From: Schmidtea polychroa
Lineage: Eukaryota
Length of the DNA: 64,000 nt
Direction: 5' to 3'
NCBI GenBank assembly: GCA_044892525.1
Contig: CM097885.1
Location: 27,964,001-28,028,000 of the forward strand
A program made the translations under genes and the position numbers. Positions 60,020 through 64,000 of the stretch are shown piece by piece. Under the pieces are notes generated by a model. It saw nothing but the letters and a program-made list of their open reading frames with translations, had not been told where the DNA came from and searched no databases. Positions within the stretch are counted from its first letter, which is position 1, and each line of letters opens with the position of its first letter.

Positions 60020-62024
60020 TGTTGGGATGAAGCCGAGAATTAAAAGTTTGTTTTAATGGATCGAAAATACCTAACATCAAAACCGCACAAAGTTAATTAA
60101 AATTTATGATCAAGGTTTAATATAAAAAGAATAAAATAAATTATATAACACATTAAGAATCAATAAAACCAGTATAATAAAATAAAGAGATAAATAAATT
60201 TAAAAAAAATTGAAACTAAAATATCCAGTAAACTGATAAAATGATAAAAAAAGTAAAATAAAAGTAGTAAAATTATGTAAATTATAAAATTTATAAAACT
60301 AAATTGTTTAATGAAAACTAAAATAAAACCAACAAAAATTATTTAAATTAAAAAATTTATAAAACCAAATTGTTTAAATCAATGAAACTAAAATAAAACT
60401 GACAAAACTTATTTAAATTATAAAATTTATAAAACTAATTTGTTTAAATCAGTGGAAGCTAGAGTAAAACTAAAATTATTTAAATTATAAAACTTATAGA
60501 ACTAAATTGTAAAAATTAATAAAAATTAAAAATTTTTTGATTTATTAAACTAATTAAATTAAAAATAAATAATTACACACTCGTGCATGCATGCAAAAGT
60601 AATTAAAAATTTATCGCATTCTAATTGGATACACTGGCAGAGAATGCGTAGGAGTACAGTCAAATTGATATAAATACCGATGGAGAATTCATTTAAAGAA
60701 GGTCAACTTCAAATAGCCACTTAACTTCACAGAACAAATTCATTTAGGCAGCTCTCAGTTTTCAGTTTTATGACAGTTTGATAAGTTGAATTGGATTTTA
60801 GTAATTTTGTGTAAATTGTAATTTTATGTATGGCATAAATTAATGTAATGTTTTATTGAGTTAATAACATTTTAAATTTAATTTTGTTGAGTTATCTTTT
60901 TGTGTTTTGTTAATTTCTTTATTGTCTATTTCATTTATGAATTTTCGGTAATATTTATAATTTACTTAATTGTTACTTAATTTGATTTTATGAATATTTT
61001 TCATGATTTTTATGCTTTGATGCCCCGAGATTGAGTAAAATATTTGTGAACTGATGGCACTCGTGCTGTTGGGCAGCAGATGTTTCGCCAGTTCGGCACA
61101 TCGTTTTATAGGATATAGTTGGAGGCAGAATCGATGGGAACTAAGAGTCATTTTGGACAGTTTGGAGCAATGTTTTGAATAGAAATAGCATAGGATGGGT
61201 TCGTTTTTGTAGAACATAGGTTGGAATTGGAAATACAGACAGATCCCTACTCAACATTTTTGAAGGATAAGTTGAATTTTCACAAGGACTGCAGAAAATA
61301 TGGAATGACATTTATTAACTGGGAAATAAATTATCTAAAAATATTACAGAAACCACATAATGACTTATAAACGGAAAAATTAAGGACGGATCCCTGTGTG
61401 AAATTTTGGAAGATAAAATTAGGAAACATCTAGTAACGAGGACCACAATTAAATGAAAACATGACAATACTCTAACAATAGAATAGATAAAGAATAATGA
61501 CGTAAGACCTTCTACCGGCCGTCCAGGACCCGAAAAGAAAATACAATGAAAAGTAGTTTTAGCAATAGAGCTCACTTGCTCTTAGTTTTTCAACCATTTT
61601 GTACAGCAGAGCTCCGCAACCGGTGTGCCACGAGGTGATGCTAGGTGTGCCGCGGCGCAATGCCTACCCGAGAAAAAATATAGGGTTTAGGACGGACACG
61701 TGCGTTATGCTTATATCTATCTCGTTTACAAATAATTGCGTTGTTGACATAATAAATTTATCAAATAAAAAAAAATACATTTTCTGTTTGTGCATTTCTT
61801 ATCACGTAAATTTTTAAAAATTTTTGTTTGTGGTGTGCCGCGAAATTTTTTTAAGTCTTTAGGTGTGCTGCGGGTGAGAAAAGGTTGCGGAGCTCTGATG
61901 TACAGCATCAACATGGTCGTCGCCATGGGTACACAGATGGCAAAAAGATAATAGTCATGAAGGCGTTTAGGAAGGAGTCGATTCAACATTTATAAATAAA
62001 ATTACACACCCTAAAGGACCAACA
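60020..62024 (+). mobile_element. Solo LTR, diverged relative of the 1544-bp LTR family
   Basis: TGTTGGGATG...GGACCAACA; clear homology to 40747-42290; TSD CTTG/ATTG (3 of 4 match); removal restores the pol reading frame. Confidence 0.85.
61607..61897. mobile_element. hAT (Charlie/Buster-like) MITE inside the solo LTR
   Basis: Perfect TIR CAGAGCTCCGCAACC / GGTTGCGGAGCTCTG; TSD TTGTACAG/ATGTACAG; absent from the homologous LTR position (~42143). Confidence 0.9.
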
Positions 62025-64000
62025 ATTGCATTTTCGAGTGTACCAATATTGGCGTTTCCAAATAAGGTCGATTACTTTATTTTGGATACTGAGGCGTATT
62101 TTATTGAAATTGATGCTGTTGTAAGTCAAGTTCAAAATTTTTAAATGCTCACGAGAAAGGATACTGTTTGACTAGAAATGAACTATTAGCAATATACGAG
62201 TACTTCTTATATTTTCGCATTATTTAAATGGAAAAAGTTTGATATACGTACGGATCAAAAGGTTTTTAAAGTTCTTAAAATCAACTTCGAAATCAATAGG
62301 TCAAGAATTTAAGACATGGTTGAGTGAGTTGTTAGGTTGGTTTTGATTTTAAATGTAGGAAGGGTGAAAATCATAACAACATTGTTAAGTTATTGTTCAC
62401 AATGTCAACCTATATTTATAGGATCATTTGTTACATTCTAGCAAATCATCAATTGAGAATCTCTGCTTTGGATGCTAAATCACGTGTCTTCCTATTACAA
62501 ATTAACCTTATTATTACCAGGTTGATATATAGCATATACTGTCGGAATTGAACTCTGCCTCTAAACGGGACCAACTGTTCATCGATTGTTAAATTTTCAA
62601 ATTATTATTAGATTTTTTTGCAAAGAATTTATAAATGATAGAATACATTGCTATCATTTGGAAACATCAATGTATTTGTGTATAATATCTAGTAATTAAA
62701 ACAAAATGTGATTCAAAGTCACAACCTAGTGTTAATAGGGTTAAGCAGAAACCACTTAAAATCATGTCCACTATATTGTACAAAGACTAAATTTTGGTTT
62801 CAATTAAATGAAAACTCTTATTGAAACTGGGTCGGAAAATAACATGTAAATATACCCTTAAGTCAAGTTAAAATAAATCATAAAAACACCAATTAAACCC
62901 ATTAATTCTGGTCGGTAGCGGTAACATCAGATATGAATAAAATTGTGTGGCAGAGTGGAGTAAACCAATAACACTCAGATACTCGCACAAACCCCTTATT
63001 GATCATCGAATTTGGGAATGCGTCGGCCATTGAATGCATTATCAAAAATACTGTTCTGTAAAATAAAATTCCTCAATTAAGTGAATTACTTAATAATATA
63101 ATTCGATGGTTTTGGTAAGGTGATCCAACTTACCAAATAAATTCAAAGTTTACTTCTATTAACTTAAAAATTGAAATAAAAATTTCTAACTCGCAGAATC
63201 AAAATACAATTCATCGTCAAGGATTTTTTCCAAAAATGACAATTACATTGTACACGGATGATTTTGTCCTAGTTATAAAAACTCTTTAGTCAATGTTGAC
63301 CTAGAAATTCTAAACAGAAAGTTATTCAAATATAGCGATGCCATAGCTTCTCGTTCGAGAGTTTCTGCTGCTTTAAAACAGGATGGCAAACTTGTTTTAA
63401 CTTGCGATCGACTTTGGCATTATAAAATAAATGATTTACAGAAAGAACTTAAAAATGTTTTTATTAAATACATTTTTTTGACAAATTAAGAAATGGCATA
63501 ACTTTCAAATACTTTGAGTTCGCCAAAAATTGCTGGGTGATCGACTTGTTGGCCATCCCTACTTACAGAATTACTTTATATTTAATGGCCAATATAATCT
63601 CACACTCACACATTCATTCATAAGCAAAGTTTATTTCATATTTATGTTATAAAAATTAAAAAATATTTTTATACAGGATTTGTTTTTGTCTAAATTCTCA
63701 ATCCAGCTTTGAAAATGAGGTCTGTCATAGGTCCCAGTACATTTTTTGTTGGCCATTAATTGCAGCAAAAGAGCATAATGTTTAGGTCATTTGAAAGAGT
63801 CAAATTTCAATTGCATTGTAAATATTTTCAAGAATAAATATTTATATACGAGAATTTCCTAACAATTCAAGGGGAACACTCGTAAATTCTCCACGCTTGG
63901 TATACTATTTAATAAAAAAAGACGTTCCTTGAATCACTGAAGCCACTGGTGTCTATGCTTCAGAGACGATATATCCAAATTCACGCGCCTTCTTTTTTGT

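Larger units (their letters stand above)
59908..62360 (+). pseudogene. Gypsy pol relic (RT connection + RNase H), split by a solo LTR (parts 59908-60019 and 62029-~62360)
   Basis: Joined frame PQNFAEISKPLNE...NFRKCKLAFSSVPILAFPNKVDYFILDTEA, then DAVVSQ, YCLTRNELLAI and IRTDQK in broken frames. Confidence 0.75.

Noticed and set aside
63241..63290. ITLYTDDFVLV resembling a non-LTR RT YADD motif
   Set aside because: A single short motif without other recognisable RT blocks in frame; insufficient support.

Overview
AT-rich eukaryotic (probably invertebrate) DNA with very short GT-AG introns (about 40-47 nt). The window is almost entirely nested mobile DNA and giant inverted repeats. The centrepiece is a 15,789-bp non-coding element (10044-25832) with Polinton/Maverick-type ends: AGTAGGTAGATAGTAGC...GCTACTATCTACCTACT and a perfect 6-bp target-site duplication TACATC. 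Its two ~7.5-kb halves are inverted copies built from satellites and promoter-like modules. It sits in the spacer of a second palindrome (~452-4252 / ~27134-30939) whose arms each carry an intact Dcp2-like (Box A + Nudix) decapping-enzyme ORF. That spacer also holds a pogo/Tigger deletion derivative and an intact, GC-richer hAT transposon (860-aa transposase). The right half contains a diverged third copy of the Maverick-like arm unit, split by a 5.56-kb TG..CA LTR-like element. It also contains a Penelope-type hammerhead relic and a RING-finger gene split by a 16.7-kb non-autonomous gypsy-type LTR element (near-identical 1544-bp LTRs, PBS-Pro, decayed interior carrying spliced gene fragments). 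The last 6 kb hold a Buster-type hAT derivative, a solo LTR, MITEs and a gypsy pol relic. All comparisons were made by eye: boundaries defined by TIRs and TSDs are exact, others are approximate, and no database searches were possible.
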